Of a stretch of DNA of 64,000 nt, positions 24,223 through 37,710 are shown one piece after another. The DNA is from Eledone cirrhosa. Its lineage: Eukaryota. The stretch spans positions 1 to 64,000 of the forward strand of contig CAXHJY010000795.1 in NCBI GenBank assembly GCA_964016885.1, given 5' to 3'. The translations under genes and the position numbers were made by a program. The stretch's first letter is position 1; each line of letters starts with the position of its first letter. The notes under the pieces were generated by a model that did not search any database, was not told the origin of the DNA, and saw nothing but the letters and a program-made list of their open reading frames with translations.

Positions 24223-25110
24223 CTAGCAGTGGTACCCGGCGTTGAACGGGATAAGGTATTTTGGAATGCGGGCTGCCAACAGACCTAATCGTGGAAAAAC
24301 TGCATGCCTGGACAATATGTAAAGAAAATAAACTGAATACTCTGAATGCTGGATAATCTTTAAGATTTTCCTCGATGAAGCAGGAAAAATGCAGGTTTTC
24401 ATCTAATGCGGGCCCTGGGGGATCAAGGAAATGAATTTTTTATGTGCATAATATGCCTTGAAATTTCAGGAAAATCGGCTAGAGGTAATGCCTCCAAAAA
24501 GCCCTAAGAAGCTGAAAAAATGAAGTTTTTCACCTAATGTGGGCCCTAGGCCATAAGAAAGTTGGATTTTCTTACGGTATGAAGAAGAGACTGACTAATA
24601 CATAGTTACAATTTCAAGGAAATCGGTCTGACGTAATGCCTAAAAAAACCCCTAAAAACCTGAAAAAACGCAGTTTTTCACTTAATGCGAGCCCTAGGAG
24701 ATAAAAAAATTGAATTTTTTTATGTGCATAACACTCCCTGAAACATACGTAATACACATGTAAAGCAGAGTGTGAATAGTATAAAAAAACGAAAAATCAG
24801 TGATGCATCTGGACTCAGTTTATTGCGTGTTACAATTGTTTCGCCGGCAGGTAGCTCGAGACATGATCACTGTATGGATCTGGCTGATTCTACGGCTGCA
24901 GGTTCCTTCGGACACATGCAATTCTTTCGGAGCAAATTTTTTCACTGGGGTGTTCTCATCAAAAAACACCTTCAAAAAACATCTTCCACTCTTGTCATGC
25001 CATTGGCTGTTGTTTTTCTACGTCATCATAAATTCTGGTCACTATTTACTGCTACACTGGTCATCAGCCATTTTCCGTCTGACACACCACTTCAATGGAG
25101 CCATGCTGGG
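24223..25110 (-). mobile_element. Helitron 3' end with internal ~130-145 bp repeats (5' limit uncertain)
   Basis: Minus strand ends CCCGTTCAACGCCGGGtaccactgCTAG|T, i.e. a subterminal hairpin plus CTAG before T. Three diverged repeats at ~24365-24735. Confidence 0.65.
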
Positions 25111-26080
25111 TTTGGTATCTCACACATCTGTTCACACTCCCGAGTATGTACCCACATATACACACACACAAATACACCCACACATATACACACACACAGG
25201 CACACACATGCATGCATACACATATGTACGCACACATGTGTAGACACACACATACCCCCATGCACATATATACACACACACTCTCCCTCTCTTACACATA
25301 CCCAAACACACCCACACCCACATACCAACCACCACATGCCTATTGTCGCCTGCCTATACAACCCCTTACACAAACACTCTCAGATGCATACATCGACACA
25401 CACACGCACATCCTTATGGATAGGCATCACAGACAGACACACTTCCAAAGACATAAGCACACATACACACACAGATACAGACCTGTATACATATCTACAC
25501 ACAAGTACATGTACCTGCATATAAACATATAGACAAACCCTGTCCTATGTGGGTGTACGTACACACCCACACACACACACCCCCCACTGACAGATACACA
25601 CACCGTGGATATATATGTGTGTGTACATAGACACACACACATACATACGCATACACACATACACATATACATATATGTATGCTTATACATATATATATAT
25701 ACATATATATACACACATACACATACAAGCCCATATACACATATGTCTATATGTGTACACACACACACACATACACACACATAGACACACACATACGTAC
25801 ACACATATGCCTACGCATATCCATATATACATATACATATATATATACATACACATACATACATATATACACATCCATAGACATAAATACATACACGCAC
25901 ACATACACACATATATATAACTCTACATGCATACACATACCCACATATATATATACATATATATATACATATACATATATATATATACACATACGCACAC
26001 GGACACCCACATGCACACACATGCACATATGGATATGTGCTTACACACACATGCTTACACATATACACACATATATATAT
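25110..26080. repeat. Degenerate (CA)n/(TA)n low-complexity tract
   Basis: Direct reading. Confidence 0.9.
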
Positions 26081-26282
26081 GGATGAAATGTTACTATTTA
26101 AGACTAGTAAGACCATTATTCAACTTAGTACTCAATAGTAGTTGAGGAAAGTAGGGTGTAGATATTATTATAGGATCTGCTACTCTACAGCCAAACTTAG
26201 CACTTTTCAAGTACAAATGTTTGTTATTGAAACAGTTTAAGCTTGGCTGTACAGTAATAAATCCTATTATATATATATATAT

Positions 26283-26624
26283 GGAGGCACATGGCTTAGT
26301 GGTTAGAGCATTGGCCTTGCAATCGAAAGGTTGTGAGTTCAATTCTCAGACTGGGTGATGTGTTGTTTCCTTGAGCAAGACACTTTATTTCACATTGCTC
26401 CAGTTTACTCAGCTGTAGAAATGAGATGATAGGGACTGGGGTCCCTATCATTCCACTGCAAAGTAGTCGTGGAGGTGCCATGGCAAAAAAGCACCCATCA
26501 CTCACTGTAAAGGAGGTTGGTGTTAGGAAGGGCATCCAGCTGTAGAAATCAAGCCAGAATCAGTTCCCGTCCCACCCTTGCAAGCAGGGAAAAAGCGGAC
26601 GTAAAATGAAATGATGAAATGATG

Positions 26625-26626
<2 letters not shown>
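26283..26626 (+). mobile_element. Full-length tRNA-derived CORE-SINE (OR2-like) with RTE-derived body and tail
   Basis: A box TGGCTTAGTGG (26292), B box GAGTTCAATTC (26335), MIR-CORE-like CCTTGAGCAAGACACTT...CAGTTTACTCAGCTGTAGAAATG, GGAAGGGCATCCAGC box, and a 3' end essentially identical to the RTE-A terminus. Confidence 0.88.
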
Positions 26627-26655
<29 letters not shown>

Positions 26656-27139
26656 GTTGCTTATAATCGGCAGATAACATTCTGGGATGACTTTAGATTT
26701 GTTAACAAAAAATCATATTTTCTTATATATGCATATATATGTATATACACTCACACACACATGTATATGTATGCACACTGATACATAATATACATACATG
26801 AGATTGTGTGTGTATGTATCTATATATATTTATAATGGAGTAGTAGAGTGGGATATTTCTGTATTTCTCTACATTCCCCCATTAATAGAAATCATAATTA
26901 GGAAAAAATATATGAAGCAATACCAATATATAGATAATAAAAGATTGACTGATAATATGAGGGGGAGAGGAGGAGTTAGCAGCCTGCATCTTGGAGAAAG
27001 GCAAAATAGCATATGGTGATTATTTAGAAGAAACCATGTCTGGCTTGAACTCCAAAATTCCTTCTCTTTACATATATATATACACATATACATATATATA
27101 TATGCACACACATATATATAGATATAGATATATATATAT

Positions 27140-27175
<36 letters not shown>

Positions 27176-28189
27176 ATGTGTGTTTTGGCCTCGTCTGCTT
27201 GTGACAGTTACTTCAAAGGTAGCGACTTGCATCCATTTTCTAACTATGGCTACCACTCAACATGTGAAGGTAGAAGAGGAAGAAAACTCAAAGGAAATAA
27301 GAAAAAAATGTTAGATTTGCAGCAAGGATGGCTATCTTTTCTTTATTTATGATTCTGAGGATATGCTTGGAAGAAATCTTTACATTTTCTTTTTTTTTTT
27401 TTTTGCTTCTTCTCTCTCTCAAAAAAAAAAACATTCTTTGTAGCCATTTCCTCTTTTGTTACATTTTTCATATATTTTTTTCTACTTCCTATTTTTTTTT
27501 TCTTTTTCCCTTGAAACATTTCCTTTGATGAGATAAAAATTACATATCTTTGGTGCCGTGTATTGCAAAAAAAAAAAAAACCAACAAAAAAAGAGAAAAA
27601 AAGGAGATAAGAAATTTGTTGCCTTAGATATGTGGTGGCATTGTGGTTAGTTGTTAAAGGTTTTGAGCTTGGGCTTTCAATTACAAAGTTATGAGTTCAA
27701 TCTTTATAATTTCTGCCTAGAGTTGTGACCGTTTGATTCTATCAGGAATGGAAACATAGTTTCCTTGGTCTGATCTAAGAAATTGGCTCCTTTCCCTTTG
27801 ATTTTTTTTGTGGGGGGTTTCATTTGTTTGTTTTTTGTAACTGCCATTATTATATTCCTAGGCAAGGCACACATATATAACTTAGATTTGTCTGTTGATG
27901 TCTTTTCCTGGGTTGATAATAAAGATCCATACAGTTGATTGCTTAGCTATAGAAAAGTCACCCAATCGTAAAAAAATATGTATATTTCTTTTGTAGCAAT
28001 ATGAATATTTGCAAAAAAAACAAAACAAAAGGAAACAAAACAGTATCTCCCAAGTATGTTACCATAGAAACACAAACGTAACACAGTAGAAAATGAAAGA
28101 TGAGGGAGAACAAAAAACTAACGCAATCTGATTCTTTAGTTTGGACTTTGTGATTGGGTTTTTTTTTTTTTTTTGCATTTTATTATTCT

Positions 28190-28722
28190 ATTATCACTGG
28201 ACAGATGTAACTGGAATGATATCAACGGAATGTTATCACTGGACTGATATCCATGAAATGATATCACTGGAATGTTATCATTGGAATTATATCAATGAAC
28301 TGATATTATTGGACTGGTATCAATGGAATATCAATGAAATGATATCCTTTGACTGGTGTCAGTGGATTGATACCAATGGAATATCAATGAAATAATATCC
28401 TTGGACTGGTGTCAGTGGATTGATATCCTTGGAATGATATCATTAGAATGTTATCATTGGAATTATATCAATGAACTGATATTACTGGACTGATATCAAT
28501 GGAATATCAATGAAATGATATCCTTTGATTGGTGTCAGTGGATTGATATTAATGAAATGATATCCTTGGACTGGTGTCAGAGGATTGATATCCTTGGAAT
28601 GATATCACTGGAAGGTGATCATTGGAATATTATCAATGAACTGATATTACTAGACTGATATCACTCTATTGATATCAGTGGAATGATATCAATGGAATGA
28701 TATCACTAGAATCATATCACAG
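28190..28722. repeat. Degenerate 14 bp minisatellite (AATGATATCACTGG) with higher-order period
   Basis: Recurrent TGATATCA palindromic core; a block repeats at ~28270, ~28447 and ~28611. Confidence 0.85.
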
Positions 28723-29154
28723 CAATGACATGACTATACTTTACTTAACCCTTTTATCACTATATTTATAATGAAAAACACTTTCTAAGATTTTCAAATC
28801 ATTTTGAAAAGAAGCAAGAATTTTCCAAGGGCATTAAGCAATTTTTTTTTTTTTAAACATATTTTCCATGTTGATCATCATAATCATCTGCATCATCACC
28901 ATCATTATCTGCATCATCATCATCATCTGCATCATCATCATTATCATCTGCATCAGCAGCTGCAGTTAGAGTAAGTGATGTGTCATCTGTAGAAGTAGTA
29001 TGTTAGCTGCAATAGTTGCAGCAGCAGTAATAATGACATCAGATGCAGATGTAGATGCAGCTGCTGGGGAAAATAGATTAACACTATGAAGACCACAAGA
29101 ATGAATATTGATAATGTAATAAATACAGAATAAAAACTGAGAAAAGTTCACTTT

Positions 29155-29347
29155 ATCTGGCCTGAAAAGTTCCTAAGCTGACTATCGAGTGATGCTAAAG
29201 CTGTGAAATCTTGCATGCATTAATTTCAACTCTTCCTATTAATAACTGCATTGTTTGTTTTCAGGAATTATGTTGGAAAATGAATTTCATTTAGTCATTC
29301 CATGAGAGTGTCTTGATCAGTATATGAGTTTTTCAGTTGACCCTCAG
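29155..29347. mobile_element. Mariner-type MITE copy
   Basis: Same family as 30551-30752. Confidence 0.7.
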
Positions 29348-29349
29348 AT

Positions 29350-30287
29350 ATCATCATCATCATCATTTTACGTCCGCTTTTCCCTGCTAGCAAAGGTGGG
29401 ACGGGTCTTATACAGCACACCATCTCTCCACTTGTCACGGTCCTTCGTCATCTCCACCGTGAGCTTCAGCGATCTAAGGTCTGTTCTCGCCACCTCCGCC
29501 CATGTTTTTCGTGGTCTACCTCTACCACGTCTTCCTTCAACTGGCATTTCCTGGCATTTCTTCACCCATCGGTCATCCTCCATGCGCATCACATGTCCAT
29601 ACCACCTCAATCTCCTCTCTCACACACTACATTCTATCCCTCTCAGACACAGTTTCTCTCTCAACACATTCATGCTGGGTCGTTCACACACATTGACATT
29701 GCACATCCAACGGAGCATGCTTGCCTCATTTCTCTCCAGCCGTCGCATATCCTCTGCAGTTGTTGCCCATGTCTCACTACCATGCAGCATCGCACTCCTC
29801 ACACAGGCATCATATAACCGGCCTTTCGTACGCAGAGAGAAACCCTTCTTCATCAGCAGAGGAAGCAGCTCCCTAAACTTCTTCCAACCCATCCTTATTC
29901 TAGATACTATGGCCTCAGAACACCCCCCTCCCATGCTAATCTGATCTCCTAGGTACCGGAAGCTATCCACCACTTCTATAGTACCTGCCTGCATTTGAAA
30001 AATGTGTCTATCAATGCAACTTCTACTGTCTAATTTCCCTGTACATCTTCTGCATACGTATTTCTCCCTACCTGTTATTTTGCCTGCTATCCCACTACAT
30101 CCCTTGTGTGCCCAGTATCTGCATTGTGTGCATTTTATAGAATTTATGCCAGTTCCTTTTCTGCATATCGAACATGGCCATTTCCCTGACGGAATCAGAG
30201 TTTTGTCCTCTTTTCTACTCATCAACACTTTTGTCTTAGCTATGTTCACTCTCAGTCTTCTTGCTTCCAACTGTTGTTTCCATAGCC
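29350..30287 (-). pseudogene. 5'-truncated RTE family A copy
   Basis: Matches 3874-4793 (PHD finger, YLG, HGSETW, TRPTFASREKRT*); in-frame stop at ~29620. Confidence 0.92.
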
Positions 30288-30454
30288 AGTGGGTGTGATA
30301 AGATAGGTGGACCATAATGCACCAGAGTACTCAATACTTAGGGCAGTAGAGTGGGTAATATGAAAAGAGTCAGGACGCTGATGGCTGAGCTCTGTTCGGA
30401 TCTAGCTGTCGAAACAGCCGGAGCCCAGCCGTCAGGTCCTGACTCTTTTCATAT
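30288..30454. mobile_element. Hairpin+tail element, divergent member of the 54813 family
   Basis: Tail GGACCATAATGCACCAGAGTACTCAATACTTAGGG; arms ATATGAAAAGAGTCAGGAC / GTCCTGACTCTTTTCATAT. Confidence 0.75.
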
Positions 30455-30467
30455 ATATATATATATA

Positions 30468-30546
30468 TATAGGGTGTCCTCAAAAATGTATACACATTTC
30501 TATTAGGATTATGTTGAAGTGTGTATATATCTTTGGGGACACTATA
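30468..30546. mobile_element. Tiny Tc1/mariner-like MITE (~75 bp)
   Basis: Imperfect TIRs TAGGGTGTCCTCAAAAATGTATACAC / GTGTATATATCTTTGGGGACACTA in TA context. Confidence 0.55.
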
Positions 30547-30550
30547 TATA

Positions 30551-30752
30551 TGAGGGTGGGCTGAAAAGTTTATAGGAGTGATGCTTGAACTGTGAAATCT
30601 TGCATGCATTAATTTCAAACTCTTCTTATTAATAAATGCATTGTTTCTTTCCAGGGACTATGCTGAAAAGGAAACTTCATTTGGTCATTCCATGAAAGTA
30701 TTTTGGTCAGCCTTTGAACTTTTCAGCCTATAAACTTTTCAGTCAACCCTCA
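30551..30752. mobile_element. Mariner-type MITE with TA TSD
   Basis: TA|TGAGGGTGGGCTGAAAAGTTTATAGG ... CCTATAAACTTTTCAGTCAACCCTCA|TA. Confidence 0.8.
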
Positions 30753-31279
30753 TAGTTGTAGGCATAGCTTTGTGGTTAATGAGTTCACTTCACAATCATG
30801 TGGTCTAGGGTTCTATACTAATGTGGGGCACCTTGGGCAAGGAAGGGTTTTGTTGAGAAGATGGGGTGATAGTGGGGGTTCCACAATGGAACTATTAACA
30901 GGATGTCACTTTTTTTAAAGTAGTGGTTTCCCAAAGTAAGTTCTGCAAAACTAAATTTAATGCTAAAGGTACATATGTTTGTGGAATACATGGTTATTTA
31001 CACATTAATTTCCCAGGCAGTTCCTTGTAAATAACCAGAACACATGTTGGTATAACCAACAAAGGTCTTTTTGTTTCTCCAAAATGGCTGACTGAATACT
31101 TTTCTATCCATTTCTTCCTCTTCTCACTCTCTACTTTTATTTCTCATTCTATCTTCTGGTGAATGACTAGTGTCTGAAACATAAAGATACTTTTCCTACT
31201 TTATCAAGTGTTAAACCAATATATTTCTTTGTTGTACTGTGTTGTTTTCTTTGTTGTTTTTGTTTAATTTTTGCATATA

Positions 31280-31442
31280 TATCATATTTCCTGGTGCCGA
31301 AGATGCTTCTCCCTCGAGGACACACCCTAATTTGACAACTAAAAATTTGAAAAAAAGTAATAAAGAACCTTCAGCCTCCAGGACGCATGGTAAATTTTTG
31401 AGACTTATTTTAGGAAAAAAGTAGCATCTTTGATGCCGGGAA

Positions 31443-31449
<7 letters not shown>
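31280..31449. mobile_element. pogo/Tigger-like MITE
   Basis: Imperfect TIRs TATTTCCTGGTGCCGAAGATGCT / AGCATCTTTGATGCCGGGAAATA. A related element lies at ~31712-31871. Confidence 0.55.
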
Positions 31450-31474
<25 letters not shown>

Positions 31475-31953
31475 ATCACTTGAGAAGGTGTGTGGCTTAG
31501 TGGTTAGGGTGTTTGGCTCATGATCATAAAGATCTGAGATCAATTCTTAGCAACAACATATGCACACGGGTGTTTGTGGAATATTCAGCCACTTACACAG
31601 CACATTAATTTCACAAGCAGCTTGTTCTGTTGGTCAAACAACTAGAGCATTTGTTGTCAGAATCAACAGATTCCCAACACACATACATATCACATTGAAT
31701 ATTTAGTTTATTACTGTATTTTTCAGTTTCAGATGCACTTTCGACCCCCCCCCCCTCAAAAATAAATAAATGTCAAAATTTTCCTGTCCTATACACTGCA
31801 TAAAAAATACTTCAATCATTTTCCCCAAACATTTTTCTCTAAAGTATGGATGCATTCTGAAAAATAGTGTATTTCTCTGGTATGAATTGTATAAATTTGG
31901 AATTTCATTAGCTTTTGTTGCAGAGGTGTTTGATGATATTTTCATATAGTTGA

Positions 31954-32583
31954 TTAACCCATTTGTTACTGATCTTGGTTCTATGATATAAAGTTGCTTC
32001 CCTTAAAGTGTATATAATTATCTAAAAACCTTCCATGATAGGTTTATGTAAGTATCTTTATTATGTTCCAAATATCAGCTTAGTAATGAGAAATTTAGCT
32101 ATATTACTCATCATCATCATTGCGACCTCAGTGGAACATTCATGACAAAGCCTTTCCACAATTCACGATTTACCATTGCTCCTGGCAACTGCTCCCTACT
32201 GGAGTTTGTATTGTTTGAGAATTGATAGATGAATGTTCAAGCAGGTCTTCCTCTATTGTGTTTCCTGTGAATTGGTTCCCACGATAGAAAGATAATCATT
32301 GCAACTACAGTTGAACATTCCTGATAAAGTCTCCCCATAATTCATGATTTTCCATTGCTCCTGGTAACTACTCCATACTGAGGTTTGTATTGTCTGAGAG
32401 TTGATCATTGAAATTTCAAGCAGGTCTTCCTCTACTGCATCTCCTGTAAGTAAGTTCCCACAATAGTAACTTGTGTATAACTTGCTATATTACTAAATCC
32501 TTCCAAATTATTGGTTATTTTCAAAATGATTTGAAAATCTTAGGCAACATCTTTCATGAGAAATATGGTAATGAAAGGGTTAA
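31954..32583. mobile_element. piggyBac-like MITE (TTAA ends) interrupted by LINE fragments
   Basis: TTAACCCATTTGTTAC ... GGTAATGAAAGGGTTAA. Paralogs at ~33804-34000, 58819-59094, 59148-59530 and a partial copy at 28744. Confidence 0.65.
32109..32483 (-). mobile_element. Tandem pair of RTE-X-like LINE 3' ends inside one 11 bp TSD
   Basis: The first unit translates as WEPIH..NRGRPA...AM.NRELW and the second is a diverged copy. GCTATATTACT at 32098-32108 and 32484-32494. Confidence 0.7.
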
Positions 32584-32914
32584 ATCTAAATTATCAAGAA
32601 AATACATTTAATTGCTAGTTTGAGACACTAACCAAAAGCAAGTTCCAACAGTGTAGATCTCTCAATCATACAATACTAATGCCTAAGGCCACAGTCTATG
32701 AATCTATGAATCCAGCTCTGTTTCATAATTGAAGAAAATATGTAGAAGCGGAAGGAAAAACAGAAACACACAAGAAATTAATTATATCTAAAGTATAGCA
32801 TATTTGTAGAGTATTTTGATACAGAAGTTTTAATCTATGTATAGAATAAGAATAGTTTGTATAAGAAATAATTATAATCTTTAGGTTGAAGATAGATGAA
32901 ATCTGATAAAATTA

Positions 32915-33085
32915 TAAGGGTCGGCTGAAAAGTTCATAAGCTGACCAAGATACTCTCATGGAATGACCAAATGAACTATATTTTTCAACATAGTAGCTGG
33001 AAAGAAACAATGCAGTTATTAATAAGAAGAGTTGAAATTAATGCATGTAAACTCTAACATCACTCCTCCATAGTCAGCCTATCCT
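32915..33085. mobile_element. Mariner-type MITE copy (opposite orientation)
   Basis: AGGGTCGGCTGAAAAGTTCATAAGCTGACC end; the interior is the reverse complement of the 30551 family. Confidence 0.7.
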
Positions 33086-34423
33086 CTAATCTATGTTCAG
33101 AAGTTCTAATCTATGGAATCCTTACTACTGTATTGAATAAGAATAGTTTGTATTAGAAACAATTATAGCTTTTAGGTTGAAAATAGATAGAATATAATTT
33201 TATCAGATTTCTTTATTTTTTTACTAGTTTCACTCATTAGACTGCGGCCATGCAGGGGCACTGCCTTTAATGAAATAGTCAATCATATCACCCCTGTACC
33301 TATTCTTTTATAGATTTTATTTGATCTCTGCTTGTTGAACTGCTAAGTTATGGGGGATGAACAAATAGCAGACATTAATACACACAGATACAGACAACAT
33401 CATCATCATTATCATTTAACATCCATTTTCTATGCTAGCAAGTGTTGGACATATTATCAAAGATGGATTAGTTCTGAAGCAGAGCTACTGATATCTCAGA
33501 TGGGCCAGGGGACCACACATCTCTCTCTCTCTCTCGAGAGAGAGAGAGGGGATGGGCTGCTACTAAATTTCTCTCACAAGACATTTGTCAGCCTGAGGTT
33601 ATATTAGAAAACACTTGCCCAAGGTACCATACAGTTTCAATGAAACCCAAACCTTGGTATTGAGAAGTAATTTATTTAACAAAATTAGAAAGAACTTCAT
33701 CATTATTTAATGTCTCTTTTCTCTGTTAGCAAGGTTTGGATGTTTTCCTATCCTCACCCCACAAGCATTATGGTTTTAATTAGCTTTGTGGTTCATCAGT
33801 ACATTAACACTTTTTATACCAACCTACCTGAAACTGCATGTTTTTTAAAAAATTATTTTTACACAAAACAGCACATTTAAAAAACCCTCCATCATAATTT
33901 TATACCACAACATTTTATGTTCCAAACATTAGCTTAATAATGATTTGAATATCATAGGCAGCAGAGTCTTTCATTAGAAATTTGGTAATAAAAGTGTTAA
34001 AGTATATTTATCTAAAAACATTCCATCATAATTCTACACCAGTCCATTGCAGGGTCAAACGCCCATCTACTGCTGCTGGTACTCATTTTCAGCTGAGTAT
34101 ACTGAAGAAACATCAAATGGTTTGGCTCAAGGACACAACACACAACCCATTCCTAGAGTCAAACCCACGACATTATAATAGTAAGTTTAACACCCTTACC
34201 ATTAGGCCATGTTTAGTACTAGTATTAAACCGGTACTTTATTTTTTAACCTTCAAAGAATGAAAGGCAAAATTGACCTCATTGGGATTTGAACTTAGGGA
34301 GTTCAGATCTGGAACAAATACCATAAAGCCATTTTAATCTGAATTTATTACTTTTCTAGTTGGCTGTCCCATTAAACTTTACTACATCTATATACTGTAA
34401 TTTTTATTTTAGTTAGACATAAT

Positions 34424-34607
34424 TGTCTCTACTTTAGGCACAAGGCCAGCAATTACCCAGTGCATTACTGGTACTTTATTTTATCGACCCCGTAAGGATG
34501 AAAGGCAAAGTCAACCTCGGCGGGATTTGAACTCAGATCGTAAAGGGACGTAACTATGCTGGAAAGCATGGCGTCCGACCCTCTACCGATACTGCCAATC
34601 CACCGCC
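34424..34607 (-). mobile_element. Full-length tRNA-derived SINE family 2 (Meta-domain-like core) with 16 bp TSD
   Basis: Minus strand: A box TGGCAGTATCGG, B box GAGTTCAAATCC, core GCCTTTCATCCTTACGGGGTCGATAAAATAAAGTACCAG. TSD TTTAGTTAGACATAAT at 34408 and 34608. Confidence 0.88.
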
Positions 34608-35162
34608 TTTAGTTAGACATAATGAGTTATTGAAGCACCATCCTGTGTTGATTCTGATTTCTAAATGATCTCATTGTTTATAAAAGTTTGAGTGTTATGT
34701 TTCAGAAGTATTTACCTGGGGTGGGTGGCTAGATCCTATATCTTCATTATGATATATAATATGGCATAACAGCTAATTAATAAGGATATATTTCTAATCT
34801 ATAATTCATACTTTTAAAACACCTGCTACAAACTATATGAAAGACAATATTGTATATACTTTATACAATTGTAGATAAAAAAAAATGTCTTTTATGTTAA
34901 GTGGGTGTGTGTCATGAGCGAGGAAGTCCAAGAAAGATGTGGGCAGTGAGGGGGTGAAAACCAGTCTCAAGAAACTATACCTCACAATTAATGGAAATGA
35001 CAAAAGATTGAAGTGGAGTGGGGTTGTACTGGACAGAACACATCTAATATATGCCAGGATGGAAAAAGAATGGATGTAAAATTGATGATGATGATAATGG
35101 TGGTGGTGTTGGTGGTCAATTTTAGCCAAAAAATAAATAATAATGGATGTAAAAGCAATAAT

Positions 35163-35348
35163 TGTTTCTTCTTTTGGCACAAGGCCAGCAATTATCTCAG
35201 TGCATTACTGGTGCTTTATTTTATCGACCTCGTAAGGATGAAAGGCAAAGTTTACCTCAGTGGGATTTGAACTCAGACTGTAAAGGGGCGTAACTCTATG
35301 CTGCAATGCATGGCATCCGACCCTCTACCGGTACTGCCAATCCACTGC
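35163..35348 (-). mobile_element. SINE family 2 copy
   Basis: Colinear with 34424-34607. Confidence 0.85.
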
Positions 35349-35754
35349 AATAATAATGATGGTGATGGTATCGGTGGTCAATCTTGGCCCCTAAAAAATG
35401 GATGTAAAAACGATGGCGATGATGGTATTGGTGGTCAATTTTAACAACAACAACAACAAATTTACCTGTTAACAAAAAAAAAAAGTAACCACCTCCCCAA
35501 CTCAGCCTATCACTGTTTCAAAATGTCTGACCTTCTAAACCTATTTATCTATGGTTGGTAGAAACTAAACATAAAATGGAACAAAAGGAATGATTTGTTT
35601 ATTTGCTGCAATAACTGTGATATAGACTAAATGATAAATATAACATTTCCATTATTAATGAAATATCAATAAATATTTTCACAACATCATAATGGCAAAT
35701 TATTTTATCAATACAATATATAGGAAGTTGTGAGAAACACATTTGTTTCAATGT

Positions 35755-35773
35755 ACATACATATATGTATATA

Positions 35774-35818
<45 letters not shown>

Positions 35819-35835
35819 ATGTATATATATATGTG

Positions 35836-35898
<63 letters not shown>

Positions 35899-36059
35899 AT
35901 GTATATATATATATATGTGTATGTATATATATATGTGTATGTATATATATATGTGTATGTATATATATGTGTATGTATATATATATATATGTGTATGTAT
36001 ATGTGTATGTATATGTATATATATATGTGTATGTATATATATGTGTATGTATATGTATA

Positions 36060-36108
<49 letters not shown>

Positions 36109-36346
36109 ATGTATATATGTGTGTGTATGCATATATATATGTGTGTGTGTGTGTGTGTGTATGTATATATGTGTGTGTATGCATATATATATATGTGTGT
36201 GTGTGTGTATGCTTATATGTGTGTATATATATATATGTGTATGTGTGTGTGTATGTATGTATATATATAGAGATGTGTGTGTGTATGTATATGTATATAT
36301 ATATATATGTGTACATACATATATGTGTGTATGTATATATATATAT
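35755..36346. repeat. (TA)n/(TG)n microsatellite
   Basis: Direct reading. Confidence 0.95.
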
Positions 36347-36930
36347 CTTCACTTACCACCAAATTTTGAGCAAGAAAGATGGAAGAAAACTTACTCCAAC
36401 ATTTGATTTTAATTCTAAATCCTTAATTTTTAGTTTTTAACTCCTATTAATTCTTTTTAATTTTTTTGTCAATACTCAACATTTGATAAGATGAATTTTA
36501 ATAATACATCGAAACTGGTAATACCTTATATACTTTATATACATTATAAAACTTTTTTTTAAAAAGAATTGTCCCTCTCATTTTTTCAATAATGTCACTT
36601 TGACGAATGAAAAAAGAAAAACAGACCCTTAAAAATATTTTCCGTGCTATTTCCAACTTCACCTTTTCTCTATATCCACTGTTTTGTATAGAACCTTACT
36701 TCCCGTTTCTAATATATTTGCAAGAGATGTCAACATGAATGGACCTGTTATTTTTATCTAAAGACATTTTTTCAAATTCCATCCCACCCGTCCCCCTCAA
36801 TCTATCTTATTTCTCATTCTTTTTTCTGATAAAGGACTAGCGTCCGAAATGTTAAGTCGCTCTTCCTTCTATATCAAGCGTTAACCTAATATATCCCTTC
36901 CATATTGTGTTGTTATTTCTGTTTATCTTT

Positions 36931-36966
<36 letters not shown>

Positions 36967-37710
36967 CATACATATATATATATATGTATGTGTGTGTGTC
37001 TGTGTGTATATTTATAAATATATGTGTATGTATATCATCATCATCATTTAATGTCTATATCCATGCTAGCATGGGTAGTAAGCACTGTCCCTCTCTCAGA
37101 GAACAGGTTGCATGACCATGTTTTGCTCACACAGAACTGATTTTGGATTGGATTCTATGGCTGGAAGCCCTTCCTAACACCAACCACATCGAGCATTATA
37201 ATAAATGTTTGGTGAATCCATACGTACATATATATATATGTGTGCATGTATGTATATATATATACATACTACTGCACGTCTGTATACATATATGTGTGTA
37301 CGTATACATACTTATATTTAAGTAACAGCCGTACTAAGAGTGGGAAATGAAATTTCGTTTCATTTTTTCCGTTTATATATATATGTATATACATGTATAT
37401 ATATACATATATATATACATGTATATACATATATATATATATACATGTATATACATATATATATATAAACATGTATATCCATATATATATATATACATGT
37501 ATATACATATATATATATACATATATGTATATACAATAAATTATATATACATGTATATACATATATGTATATATATGTATATTTATATATGTATATACAT
37601 GTACATGTATATATATATATATGTATATACATGTATATACTTATGTATATACATGTATATATATATGGATATATATATATATATATGTATATACGTGTAT
37701 ATATATATAT

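Noticed and set aside
26283-26355. tRNA gene
   Set aside because: The anticodon and acceptor stems pair poorly and the sequence continues into a SINE body present in many copies.
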